Positions 1-9,143 of a DNA stretch of 64,000 bases are shown piece by piece (position 1 is the stretch's first letter; each line of letters starts with the position of its first letter). The DNA is from Giardia intestinalis (taxonomy: Eukaryota): the NCBI GenBank assembly GCA_000002435.2, contig CM018792.1. One strand, given 5' to 3'. The position numbers and the translations under genes were made by a program. The notes under the pieces were generated by a model. It ran no database searches. It was not told the DNA's origin and was given only the letters and a program-made list of their open reading frames with translations.

Positions 1-1017
1 AGAACACACAGAGCTCGAAACACCGTTGATGTAAAAGGGGAAGCTGATCGCAAGGAATCTATAGATGATCATTCCTAGTGAAGATCGCTTAGCAGCCGGC
101 TGAGGGTTGTCGGCAACTGTAGTATGTGGCGGGCACGACGGTTCCCCTGCAATTGTCTCAAAGCTCATCCCATCCTGCATGTCCGCATGAACCATCTCTA
201 TTGTACTTTTCACATTTTCTAGCTCAACGGCTTCTGTGGACGTCTCAGAAGACGACTGGAGCTGTCGTTCGTCGTGGTCTCTCAGCTCGTCTACATTGTA
301 TCGCAGAAGTCCGAACTTACACCGGAGAACGCCCCCTTTGATTAAATCAAAGATGTTTAACACCATCCAAATAGAGACTATGAGGAGGCTGATGCAAGTG
401 GACGCCGATGCCGCGTAGTACTCCATTTTCGGGACACAGTAAAAGAAGATCGCATCAAGGACGATGTTCAGAACAGCTCCAAGCAGTTGCCGCCACATAG
501 AAAGATTTGCCCTGTTCTCTGCACGCAGGATAGGGCCCATTGAATTAGAAAACATGTATGTGATGGTATATCCAGGAATAGCAACAACACCATACTGCTG
601 CGCGTACCTAAAGACGTTGTTCGTGGCGTTAAACATAGAAAGAATGTTGGGTAGAAGAGGCAAGAGGATAAGCATTGCAAGCCCCCAGTAGATTAGCCCC
701 ATGCATATAAACACTGTCGTATAGTAGTTAGCTATTCTGAACTGCTTCTGGCCTAGTGCCGGAGAGATGTATGTAGAGGCACCATATGCCATAGACAGGC
801 TGGGGAAAAGCAGAGCTATGACATCAATGGGGGCGAACACAGATAGCGCACTTAGGCCGTCTGTGCCAAGAAATTTGGCAATGAAAATTGCATCAACGTT
901 CATGTAAATAGCAGAAATGACCATTGAGAAAATGCACGGTACAGAGAAAGAACAGAGCAGTTTAAAGACGGGCGCTTCACCGAGTCGTTTGACCTTCTCA
1001 GTATGAACATTTGACAT
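1..1017 (-). CDS. MATE-family efflux transporter. This is the N-terminal 339 aa only; the gene runs off the left edge of the window.
   Basis: Frame B on the minus strand is open from the ATG at 1015-1017 down to position 1; I checked every codon for stops. The translation starts MSNVHTEKVKRLGEAPVFKLLCSFSVPCIFSMVISAIYMNVDAIFIAKFLGTDGLSALSVFAPIDVIALLF.... It has 6-7 hydrophobic transmembrane segments and a MATE-like N-terminal pattern (P.i.s.l...vD.ifig.lG...la..sv). An acidic loop follows TM6. The ORF track does not list it because no stop codon falls inside the window. Confidence 0.55.
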   Translation of the reverse strand, partial: MSNVHTEKVKRLGEAPVFKLLCSFSVPCIFSMVISAIYMNVDAIFIAKFLGTDGLSALSVFAPIDVIALLFPSLSMAYGASTYISPALGQKQFRIANYYTTVFICMGLIYWGLAMLILLPLLPNILSMFNATNNVFRYAQQYGVVAIPGYTITYMFSNSMGPILRAENRANLSMWRQLLGAVLNIVLDAIFFYCVPKMEYYAASASTCISLLIVSIWMVLNIFDLIKGGVLRCKFGLLRYNVDELRDHDERQLQSSSETSTEAVELENVKSTIEMVHADMQDGMSFETIAGEPSCPPHTTVADNPQPAAKRSSLGMIIYRFLAISFPFYINGVSSSVCS

Positions 1018-1539
1018 TTTTTGAATGATAATTATAAATATTTTGTGGGAAACCACACGTTAAACAGAACTTTACCAATCTCTCGCCAAGTATGCCCCGG
1101 CCGTCCAGTTGTGACGCAGTAAGTAGTAACGTAGATTGCTGCATTTATCATTTGATCACATAATGGAGTGAAGATTATAGCGAGAAGCTGATGAAGTCAA
1201 ATCAGGCAACACACAGCATTATTGTAGATTCGAATTTAAATTACTACGCCGAGACAAATCCACTAAGACGGGGTAGGTCAATTTAGAAGGAGTAGTATAG
1301 TCGCTCTAGATATCCACTTAGCGCATGACCGATTCTATGAGCTTTATGGCTCCGAGCTGTCAGCCGGGTCAGACCGACCCGCCGAGTGCATCTACGAAGA
1401 TATCTCCACAGTCTTTGCCGGCCGGTACGTGGAACTTGTGACTGAATTCCCTGACGCGCCGACTGTGTCGGACACGTGCGATGTTACGTGGAGTAACATC
1501 TGCAAACGCGCTCCTGTCTACTGCTATCACTGCTTCGCT

Positions 1540-2094
1540 ATGAAAGATATCAAGGCCCAGCAGTCAAAGCCCAAGTCTAACGCCAAGTCCAGACAAACAG
1601 GCGAGCACGGAGCAGCTAGCGGGTCTCCTGCGGGGAATACTCTATCTGAGAAGAGCAGTGTCAAGAAGAAGAAGAAGACTCCTCAGGCTTCCCCAGGCAA
1701 AGGATCCGTCACCGTGGAATTTGCTACTCCGTCGGATGGCAGGAGAGGTAACAAGAAAAACGGGAAGCCGGAAAGCGACGAAAGTGGCCAGAAGGATGGC
1801 GGCTCATCGCGTAGGAGGAAGGGCAGCAGCCCATCGCTGCCGATTTCCAAGAGGTTCGAGTCTGACGAGGAGGCCAGGGAATTTGCAAAGACCCTCAGTT
1901 GGGAGAGGTGCATGGTGATAGAGAAGAACAGCAGCCTCGATCTTGCAGAGCTGCACCTGATGTGCACAAACAATGGCAGCTACTTGAGCTACGTCTCCGA
2001 CAACTACATCTTCTACGGCTTTCCCAGGTCACAAGAGGTGAACATAGATATCTACAGGCGCTCCATGTCCGACACAAACATGTTTCTTGTCTAG
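1540..2094 (+). CDS. Hypothetical protein with a basic low-complexity N-terminus
   Basis: ORF 1429..2094. Position 1429 is GTG, and the first in-frame ATG is at 1540. The protein is Lys/Ser-rich and has no recognisable domain. Confidence 0.3.
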   Translation: MKDIKAQQSKPKSNAKSRQTGEHGAASGSPAGNTLSEKSSVKKKKKTPQASPGKGSVTVEFATPSDGRRGNKKNGKPESDESGQKDGGSSRRRKGSSPSLPISKRFESDEEAREFAKTLSWERCMVIEKNSSLDLAELHLMCTNNGSYLSYVSDNYIFYGFPRSQEVNIDIYRRSMSDTNMFLV

Positions 2095-2177
2095 CCACGC
2101 GTAGGCCCCTGTGGGAGGCCTCCGTGTGCATTGTAAAATCACTATCTTTTTCTGATTGCATCCTGGTGTTCTGGAAG

Positions 2178-3002
2178 ATGTCTGCAGACAGCTCGGGCGC
2201 AAGGATCGCGCTATTCACGGATACACACCTCGGGTTCACTGCCCCGTCTGCACGCCCCTGCAATGCCCACGAAAACTACCTGCTTCTTGAGGAGTGCCTC
2301 TGTCTGGCCCGCAAGCTGGGCGCGCATGCTATCCTGCACGCCGGAGACTTCTTCAACCAGAACAGGCTGTCCAGCAAGAAGGTCATCAAGGCAATCTGTG
2401 CACTGAGACGATACGGGGTCTCGTCCTTTGCAGGCCACAGCGACGGCGACTCGATACCCATGGCCCTCATCTACGGCAACCACGACAACAACGATAAGAT
2501 TTTGGGCCTCCTGGAGGCGGCCGGGGCGGTGAGTCTCCTGGGGCACACTCAGGCCGGCAAAAGCCTTACGCTCCATCCTTTCTGCCGGGTAGTTGGCGGT
2601 GTAGAGCTCGTCGTGTACGGACTGGATTACCACAAAGCGTGGCAGAGGGATGTGGCACCCGAGATTTCCTTTGCCCCGGCCGCTCGCTCAGCTCTGAAGG
2701 ACGAAGCGGTGGGGAGAGGCGCTAAAGGAGGACGCAGGCACGCACGATACACCTTCCTGGTTCTTCACCAAGACTATTCAGACCAGGTTGGAAGAGACAA
2801 GATCAGCCTTTCATTCGTCGACCAGTGGAATCATACGCATGCCCCGGAAGAGCGCATAGACTTTGTGTACATAGGGCACGAGCACGACGAGACGCCTCCT
2901 CGCGACGGGGAGACGTTCACGCTTCTCATGCCCGGCTCTCCGCATAGACAAAGCAGGAAGAGAAGCCTTCCCGACTTATACTTGCTGTCTCTGCCTCTAT
3001 AG
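2178..3002 (+). CDS. Mre11/SbcD-like calcineurin-type metallophosphoesterase. It is short, with only the nuclease core.
   Basis: The track ORF at 1899 starts on TTG; the first ATG is at 2178. The phosphoesterase motifs are present: FTDTHLG (I), AGDFFNQN (II), YGNHDN (III), VLHQD (IV) and IGHEHDE (V). The protein ends about 40 aa after motif V, so it has no capping or Rad50-binding region. An AT-rich intergenic region follows. Confidence 0.6.
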   Translation: MSADSSGARIALFTDTHLGFTAPSARPCNAHENYLLLEECLCLARKLGAHAILHAGDFFNQNRLSSKKVIKAICALRRYGVSSFAGHSDGDSIPMALIYGNHDNNDKILGLLEAAGAVSLLGHTQAGKSLTLHPFCRVVGGVELVVYGLDYHKAWQRDVAPEISFAPAARSALKDEAVGRGAKGGRRHARYTFLVLHQDYSDQVGRDKISLSFVDQWNHTHAPEERIDFVYIGHEHDETPPRDGETFTLLMPGSPHRQSRKRSLPDLYLLSLPL

Positions 3003-3377
3003 TGGAAATGGCTGGCTGGCTCACGATTAGGTATTCAGTATGCAATAAACTGGTGTGTAGTTGCGTTGCTATGGGTCTGAATCATCTTAGGCAAAGGATG
3101 CTCAATTCTACTTGCTCGTAACTTTTATTTCGGCTCTTGCAAGCAATATTGAGCAAACGAGTAAAGCGCGCCTTTTGCATTATAACTTCAACAAACTCGG
3201 TAAATAAAAGTCAAGACATGAGCTGTACAAGCAACCATTTCCGTAAAGACAGGTCAGATATGCGTTGATACCCTTGTTACGTCCAAGTGTTGTGCCTTAC
3301 ATTGTCCGTAATCAGTTCTTAATTCCATCAGTCGATATCTCAGAAATTTGACTTTAAAAATTTGACTTTGTCTCTAA

Positions 3378-4967
3378 ATGGCCAGCAGCGGCCCTGGTGA
3401 TTCATCATGCTCTATAAATCAAGTGAGCGATTCTTCCACCGATGTTAACAGTCATGAATATTGCAGCAAGGAGCAGTCTACAATATCCTGTCTGTCGCCG
3501 CTTAGCTCTAATCATGTCAAGGATGAATCGTCCAAGCAAACGCCGCTTTTTGACGCGCTTGGTGAGGAGTCCCCCAACGGGGGTCAAGAACTTGCGTCAC
3601 AGCCCCTGGATGTGAATCTGGACCGTACCTCAGACCGGGATGTGGCTGTAAGTGAGATGTACAAGCAGACAAAAACAACTATCTCTCCTGAAAAGCGGGC
3701 AGCACTGCAAGTTCTTTATCAGAAGCACGGGTCCCACCAGTCTGTCATATGGTACAGCGCCCAGTCTGAGATACCGAGGTCGATCGTATCGAAGTTTATA
3801 ACGTTCATGGAGCACGGTCTTGATGTGCGGAATCTTTCATACAGAGCACCATGCAAGGCCAGAATGGCCAAGACGACTAGATTCTCTCCGGTAATGTCGA
3901 TGAAAGGCTCTAGAACGGAAGTCTTCTCTGTAGCGTCTCCTATCCAACTCAATACAGTCCAGACAAACCTAGGCAGCTCAATTCTTCATACTGACCCGAA
4001 CAACCTGGTCTTACAAAAGAAGGATGAAATTGTTAAGAAGAATGTAGCAGACACAGAAAAGGCACCAGAGAGTAAGAGAAAGAGAAGAGGTAATGATATC
4101 ACAAAGGATACTGCAGAGTCCATGGAACGTCCACATAAACAAAGAACCTCGAGACAGCAACAACACCCTAACAAAACTCCCGAAGGATCTGCTTCAGAGA
4201 TACTCTCTTGCACTCCGATGCGCTGTAAAGTGGAAACGGAACAGCTTCGCAAGAACAGAAGCAACAACCGCGAGATTCTCTCCGCTAGAGTTACATTTCT
4301 TCGCATAGAGTTCTCCTCACCTTTGACGCCAAGAATTATTAGTCAGTTGTCGAATCAGGAGGCTAGACGTGCTCAGCTTGACTTCATTGAGAGATACAGA
4401 ACAGCTCTGGTAGAGGGACGAACTGCCATGTTCATTTCTGCTGATCACTATGATCTATACGTAAGCGGATCAGAGAATTTGATATCTCTTTCCTTACTAT
4501 CTCTTTTCAGTTCAGACGGAGAGATATTTTGTGAGCTCTTTCTGGATCTGATTGGCAATGAGGTTATCAGCGAGTGGATCACCCACGTTCTCCAGACTCA
4601 ATTTAGCAACAAGGTGCCACTTATAGTCACCACTCACGAGATCCTCAGTACCCTGCCAAATCACTTTCTTTCTAACTCTCTTTCTATTGCCTATTCAAGC
4701 ATTCTTGACGTGCTTAGCCCCGTGAAGCACATGATGGAAATTTGGGAGCATCGAGTAAAGTTCTATAGTCTTCTGAACACGAACCAGACCGTGGAGGAGT
4801 TGCTGGAGCAGCTTTCAACAGAGTTCTTAACACTTCCCAAGACAAGTCTCCTGGGAAAGCTAGCAGAGATACGAGAACGCGTGTGGTGGGAAGTCTATAG
4901 CTCAACTTGGTCTGAGACCTCTAGGCCAAAAACTGAATCTAGTGCATCGGAAGTTCTAGCTCAATGA
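3378..4967 (+). CDS. Hypothetical Ser-rich protein
   Basis: 529-aa ORF starting on a true ATG. The upstream AT-rich region has a duplicated AATTTGACTTT motif. No recognisable domain. Confidence 0.5.
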   Translation: MASSGPGDSSCSINQVSDSSTDVNSHEYCSKEQSTISCLSPLSSNHVKDESSKQTPLFDALGEESPNGGQELASQPLDVNLDRTSDRDVAVSEMYKQTKTTISPEKRAALQVLYQKHGSHQSVIWYSAQSEIPRSIVSKFITFMEHGLDVRNLSYRAPCKARMAKTTRFSPVMSMKGSRTEVFSVASPIQLNTVQTNLGSSILHTDPNNLVLQKKDEIVKKNVADTEKAPESKRKRRGNDITKDTAESMERPHKQRTSRQQQHPNKTPEGSASEILSCTPMRCKVETEQLRKNRSNNREILSARVTFLRIEFSSPLTPRIISQLSNQEARRAQLDFIERYRTALVEGRTAMFISADHYDLYVSGSENLISLSLLSLFSSDGEIFCELFLDLIGNEVISEWITHVLQTQFSNKVPLIVTTHEILSTLPNHFLSNSLSIAYSSILDVLSPVKHMMEIWEHRVKFYSLLNTNQTVEELLEQLSTEFLTLPKTSLLGKLAEIRERVWWEVYSSTWSETSRPKTESSASEVLAQ

Positions 4968-6889
4968 GCTCGTCTCTACGCAACAGAGCAGCAAGACCCC
5001 AAGCTGAACACTCCTCCCAGCACAAAGAGGCAGTCAGATCATTTCATGAATGGATCTTGGAGCACTTAAAAACGGACACCTTGCAGAAAGCTAAGGTAGC
5101 AATATTAGCCGCGGAATCCGAAAAAACTTTCTTAAGCAACGAACTGGATGCGCAGAGGAAGGTAGTGAAGGGATTGACTGCGCAAAACTCCCAGATGAGT
5201 GCCCAGCTTCTCAAACTGAGCTCTCTACTGACTCGCAAAGGAGAGCTCCGCAATACAGAAGAAGCTATTCCTCGATTAGAAGAGTGCCCTAGACCAGAAT
5301 ATGAACAGGTACTCTTACTTGTGCTCCAGCAAACCTTCAATTCTTCTCCAGCGACAATTCAGAGAATTTCGCGTATCCATAACCAAGAGCATCGGCTTTC
5401 AGAATTAGCGAATACTATAAAGGAAGAAGTGGCGCGGATTGTAGACGCAAACAATGCGCTGCAGGCCCAACTAGATATAGAGTTAAACGCTCATGGCATA
5501 ATAGTCGAGAAAGACAGAATTATCAACAATCTGGAGCTAAACGTGGAGGACTGTCAAGCGACAATTCAAGCAAAGGATAGAAAAATCCGGGAACTACAGT
5601 GCCGAGAACAAGAAGACTCGTTGAAGATTAATACTCTCACACAACACTTTGAAGACTTGCAAAAGAGAAGCTATGGGCTTAGTAACCGTATGGAAACAAT
5701 GCAAGCATGCAATGAGGGGCTCAAACAAACAGTAGATGATCTACAGAAGAAAATTTCAGAGCTTGAAAAGCAGAACCATCTAGATGCTGGTGCGTCTGAA
5801 GAGTTGCTGGCGATATCCACTGGTTTGAACACTTCGCTTTCGTCCAGCAATGTAGGCTTACAGGGTATCAGAGACGATCTAGATAATCTAGCAGCCGAGA
5901 CCCAGACTTCATTAATCAGACTCGCAAATAATTGTGATCATTCCGTACTAACATCCAAGTTGGTTGGAGAAGAGAAGATGTGCGGCTCGGATTTTTCTGA
6001 ACTACCAACAATAAGTCCAAGTGATAATGAAGCCCAGCCAATAAGCTTGCTGCAACGAATTTGTGCGTCCATATTAGAGCCAGATGCAACTATCGATAGA
6101 CTCAGAATCTATGTGACCAACGAAATGCCGACTAGCATTTCCAACGTAGCCCTGACAAGCGGTAGGTCACAGAAAGCTGCACACAGCGCTTCTATAGGAG
6201 TCTCCAAGGGGTCTCAATCATCTGTCGATAGAGTAGCAAAGCTGCGTGCCTCCAAGAGCACTCAAACAGATGTGTCCCTGTCACAGGTGTCCAAGATGCT
6301 TATAAACGAGAAGAGATTGCGGGACAAAGTAAGTCTTCTTGAGAATCGTCTGAGAGAACGCGAACTAGCTGTGCAGTCTCTGGAGAAAAAGCTTGCTGAA
6401 TGTACAGAAAGATCAGTCTGGCTAGAGCTCTGGGAAACACGCGTTGCAACCCCGCCGATCTCTTATGTAGCTGATTGTGACCGCGTTGACACTGCGGCAG
6501 GCTCTACAACCAGCTACTCTTCTTCAGCAGAGACACAGACAGACCCCTGCTTGAGCCTGGAGGCTCCAGACCCATCCTGGCCCGATTTTCAAGAGAAAAT
6601 GGACTTGTTTGAAGCAACACTCAATAATCTTTACTTGGCGTTGCAACAACAGAAGGCGAATGCTGGACACGACTTGCGGATAGAGGATCTTGCGACAACA
6701 ATTCGTACCCAGATTCTCGAGGCGCTTAATGGCACGACGACAGCGTCCGTTTTTACTAACGATCGTAACCTTGATCTGTCAATTATTACTGATGACATTG
6801 TTGACTACGATCGTAGCCTGCTTCATCTACAACAAAAGAAATCTGAACAACGACCAGGTAACCGAGGGATCTTCCCCTTCTGGAAATAA
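4964..6889 (+). CDS. Coiled-coil protein
   Basis: 641-aa ORF. Its ATG (4964-4966) overlaps the upstream stop TGA (4965-4967) as ATGA. Heptad-rich central region. Confidence 0.5.
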   Translation: MSSSLRNRAARPQAEHSSQHKEAVRSFHEWILEHLKTDTLQKAKVAILAAESEKTFLSNELDAQRKVVKGLTAQNSQMSAQLLKLSSLLTRKGELRNTEEAIPRLEECPRPEYEQVLLLVLQQTFNSSPATIQRISRIHNQEHRLSELANTIKEEVARIVDANNALQAQLDIELNAHGIIVEKDRIINNLELNVEDCQATIQAKDRKIRELQCREQEDSLKINTLTQHFEDLQKRSYGLSNRMETMQACNEGLKQTVDDLQKKISELEKQNHLDAGASEELLAISTGLNTSLSSSNVGLQGIRDDLDNLAAETQTSLIRLANNCDHSVLTSKLVGEEKMCGSDFSELPTISPSDNEAQPISLLQRICASILEPDATIDRLRIYVTNEMPTSISNVALTSGRSQKAAHSASIGVSKGSQSSVDRVAKLRASKSTQTDVSLSQVSKMLINEKRLRDKVSLLENRLRERELAVQSLEKKLAECTERSVWLELWETRVATPPISYVADCDRVDTAAGSTTSYSSSAETQTDPCLSLEAPDPSWPDFQEKMDLFEATLNNLYLALQQQKANAGHDLRIEDLATTIRTQILEALNGTTTASVFTNDRNLDLSIITDDIVDYDRSLLHLQQKKSEQRPGNRGIFPFWK

Positions 6890-6904
6890 TCCACTATCAT
6901 CTTA

Positions 6905-7492
6905 TCAGTAGTATTGATCTATAAGCCTTGCAAAACACGTGACTTCTTCGCTAAACCTATAGATGTGGCCACTTACCTCAGATATACTCAAGCCTATCTT
7001 CTCCTCAAACTCCTTGCGCTTTGGGAGAGATTTGAACCCCATGTTGAAAATACCACTAGTAACCGTATTGTGATAATTCCTCAATGTTTGTTCGTATGCT
7101 AACTTCGCCAACTTGCTAGGCTCCTCGTATGCATAGCTAGGATCCACAACTAGACACATGAGCGTTGAAACGAAACTAAATGTACGAGACAGCCAAAGAG
7201 CACCCGTAGCCAGTTTTTTGTTGTCTGGAATGGTCTGTTCAAGAAGACCGTCAACTGGCTCTACTTTCTTAATGTTTCCTGTAATGTCTCCCTTTGCTAG
7301 TTTCAGTACGCCTATATTAAGTTTGTCAATTAGCTCAACAACGTTGCGTGATGCTTGAACAAGATTCGCACTGGTCGGTGCGTGGTTCAGGTCAGTAAAC
7401 GATTTCTCAAGCCTCTCTGCGAGGGCGCTCCATTCGTTTGCGGTCGTAACTGTTCGCATTTTAATTTCCAGACATAGGATTCCCGGGGCCAT
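6905..7492 (-). CDS. Glycolipid transfer protein (GLTP/ACD11 family)
   Basis: 195 aa. ATGALWLSRTFSFVSTLM and LAYEQTLRNYHNTVTSGIFNMGFKSLPKRKEFEEK match GLTP core motifs (the GLTP ...LLWLKRGL... and ...KPHHGFLV..IF..A...CPYRKDF... regions). Confidence 0.6.
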   Translation of the reverse strand: MAPGILCLEIKMRTVTTANEWSALAERLEKSFTDLNHAPTSANLVQASRNVVELIDKLNIGVLKLAKGDITGNIKKVEPVDGLLEQTIPDNKKLATGALWLSRTFSFVSTLMCLVVDPSYAYEEPSKLAKLAYEQTLRNYHNTVTSGIFNMGFKSLPKRKEFEEKIGLSISEVSGHIYRFSEEVTCFARLIDQYY

Positions 7493-7513
7493 AGGGTAGT
7501 TCCGGGGCAGGGA

Positions 7514-9046
7514 TTAGCGCAGGGAAAGCTCGGCACGGAGCCAACCAATAAAAATTCCCAGGTACTCCTTTAAGGTTGAAAAATATAGGTCCTGAATCTG
7601 GGGAACGCTTTGTGGGCCTCCCAAGACTGGAAGCGCGTCCGTGAACTCTAGGAGTCCCGATACCATTGACATGGTTTGAACATAATCTGTCAAAGATGTA
7701 TGTAATTTTCCAATCAGTGAGTTATAGAACTTCTCGTTTTTGTATATTAGCAGCTGCATGGCCAGTTGGTGAAGGGCGGAGGAAAGGCTAGTCAGTACCT
7801 TGTCAACAAGAGCAGGAACAAAGTAACCACAGGGAGTTTCTAGGTCTTTGGAGAGGACCTCTGCTGGTGGACGAAGAAACAGGTTAAGCGTCTGGCAGAG
7901 GTTATCAGAGAATTCTGATATGGTAGTGTTTAAGCTCGCTTGCTTCATATCTCGATTCTTTAACACCAAGATAACTATTTTAAAGGAGTCCTCGATATCG
8001 TTCATAATCTTAGTCTCCAAAAGCAAGGCATCCTTTAAACCTGGCCAAGGATCTACCGATGCATTTGAGTAGATTTTATATAGTCCTTGTAAGTAGTGAA
8101 GTGCCTGAGAATAAGACAGTGTTGCAATACTAGACCTAGAGTAACTCTGGAGAAAGTTCATCAAGGGGACGGTAAGACACTGGTGAAAAGTATTAGAATA
8201 TGCTGCAGACCCAGATTCTACCTTAAGCTTTTGATAAAGAAGTGCAAGCCATGAATTACTATCTCTTTTCTTTAGTCGAGAGACGAGCACGGCGACGTTT
8301 TCGAGGATCTGCAATGGAGTGTAGTCACTCAATTTGTGCAAAAGAGGAGTGGTAAAGTTTTTACAGACAATGGCGGGCATCTCACTGTAATCTAGCAGGA
8401 TGCTATAAAGTTTCTGTACCTGGGGAGACTCAAGACAAACAAGATTAGATAGATATATAGTTTCCACATGGGATAAAATCGTGCTGCATAGAATGTCCAT
8501 TGCGTGCTTTAGACGTGAAGAAATAGCAGTACAACAAGAAGGAGGATTGATGTGAGAGATTGTTGTACGGATTTGAAGAGATTGAGAAAGTAGTCCTGCC
8601 AAGGCGTCGCAATCTGTTGGTTTGGAAAAACAGGTCTCGTCAAGATGATCGATTAGCCTAAGGGTAGTACGAAGAGAGTCCTCTATTTGGCCAAGAATAT
8701 GCTCTTCTTGTGCAGCAGAATGCAGCTTCTCGAGACTCTCTGTAATGCTTGCCTGGGCCTCTAAAAGAATTTGCTTGGCATCTTCAAGAGAAGAATCTCT
8801 TCCAAGAGCGCTGACTGCACTACTTGCTTCAGCGCCTTTAAAGGGAAGTGGACCTGATGAACATTTCTCGCTTTGCAAAGTGTTATGGGATAGCTGCTCC
8901 AATATACCTGCAGAGGAGTTTCGGATAAACGACTCAAGGTGTTCGCGGAGGGCCGAAAGTTCAGAAGCTGGAAGCTGCAGGATGTAGCCCTCAACCTTCT
9001 CCTTGGGAAGGTGAAGCAACTCAGGAAGAGATAAAGGATCCGGCAT
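7514..9046 (-). CDS. Hypothetical protein
   Basis: 510-aa ORF with a true ATG at 9044-9046. No recognisable domain. Confidence 0.5.
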   Translation of the reverse strand: MPDPLSLPELLHLPKEKVEGYILQLPASELSALREHLESFIRNSSAGILEQLSHNTLQSEKCSSGPLPFKGAEASSAVSALGRDSSLEDAKQILLEAQASITESLEKLHSAAQEEHILGQIEDSLRTTLRLIDHLDETCFSKPTDCDALAGLLSQSLQIRTTISHINPPSCCTAISSRLKHAMDILCSTILSHVETIYLSNLVCLESPQVQKLYSILLDYSEMPAIVCKNFTTPLLHKLSDYTPLQILENVAVLVSRLKKRDSNSWLALLYQKLKVESGSAAYSNTFHQCLTVPLMNFLQSYSRSSIATLSYSQALHYLQGLYKIYSNASVDPWPGLKDALLLETKIMNDIEDSFKIVILVLKNRDMKQASLNTTISEFSDNLCQTLNLFLRPPAEVLSKDLETPCGYFVPALVDKVLTSLSSALHQLAMQLLIYKNEKFYNSLIGKLHTSLTDYVQTMSMVSGLLEFTDALPVLGGPQSVPQIQDLYFSTLKEYLGIFIGWLRAELSLR

Positions 9047-9143
9047 ACTAAGCTAAGAAAAACAGCCCACCAGTATAGTGGAAGCGTTATACGGGTCTCA
9101 AAGGTATCTCTGGTCTTTGGATTTACTTAAGTATTTCTAAAAA

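Noticed and set aside
1429-1539. ORF-track N-terminal extensions on GTG/TTG starts (for example 1429, 1899, 23097, 23740, 29385, 39963, 39833, 41342)
   Set aside because: Eukaryotic nuclear genes initiate on AUG. The extensions lack homology, and the first in-frame ATG usually sits right after a short A/T-rich element.
4964-4967. ATGA and TGATG start/stop overlaps read as prokaryotic operon translational coupling
   Set aside because: The locus is eukaryotic (Giardia-type), with a VSP, an intron and poly(A) signals. These overlaps reflect extreme genome compaction or possibly frameshift errors, not operons.
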